The notes beneath the pieces were generated by a model that saw only the letters and a program-made list of their open reading frames with translations, was not told the DNA's origin and made no database searches. DNA of 64,000 nt from contig OZ241826.1 of NCBI GenBank assembly GCA_965202585.1, forward strand, positions 94,302,001-94,366,000, written 5' to 3'. Origin of the DNA: Thalia democratica (Eukaryota). This document shows positions 63,891 through 64,000 of the stretch, in pieces; position 1 is the first letter of the stretch; each line of letters starts with the position of its first letter. The position numbers and the translations under genes are program-made.

Positions 63891-64000
63891 GAGCCGATCA
63901 TTTCTAACTTGCCATCGTTTTTAACCCGATTAATTCTAACCCGATCATTTCTAACCCGATCACTTCAAACCCGATCATTTGAAAGCCGATCACTTCGAAC
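63891..64000 (+). repeat. 15-bp tandem repeat (ccgatcatttctaac), probably the start of another element
   Basis: About 7 degenerate units running off the window end. Confidence 0.8.

Noticed and set aside
1-64000. tRNA, rRNA or additional hammerhead ribozymes
   Set aside because: None recognised by eye; the other CTGATGA sites I checked lack GAAA and pairing stems. tRNAscan-SE and Infernal would be needed to exclude them formally.

Overview
Very AT-rich eukaryotic (probably invertebrate animal) genomic DNA with spliceosomal introns, low gene density and many transposon remnants; the species cannot be named from sequence alone. Main contents: (1) a large inverted segmental duplication (left arm <1-~9165, right arm ~32875->40215), each arm carrying a decayed multi-exon gene whose two-arm consensus rebuilds an eIF2-alpha-kinase-like N-lobe with an Asn/Thr-rich insert; (2) divergent paralogues with intronless CDS: UBL5/Hub1-like (intact), a two-domain PARP/ART-like protein (intact, plus a deleted copy near 61 kb), a BTB-less BACK-Kelch protein (intact, plus two Kelch pseudogenes), a 14-3-3-like pseudogene and an orphan ORF; (3) a young Penelope-like retroelement (RT + GIY-YIG, one frameshift) between 578-bp pseudo-LTRs, each with a minimal hammerhead ribozyme, plus a short inverted 5' tail; (4) a decayed Ty3/gypsy fragment; (5) several MITE families, hairpins and an inverted pair of ~31-bp minisatellite arrays. 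Family assignments come from motifs read by eye, identities are visual estimates, and no database search was run.
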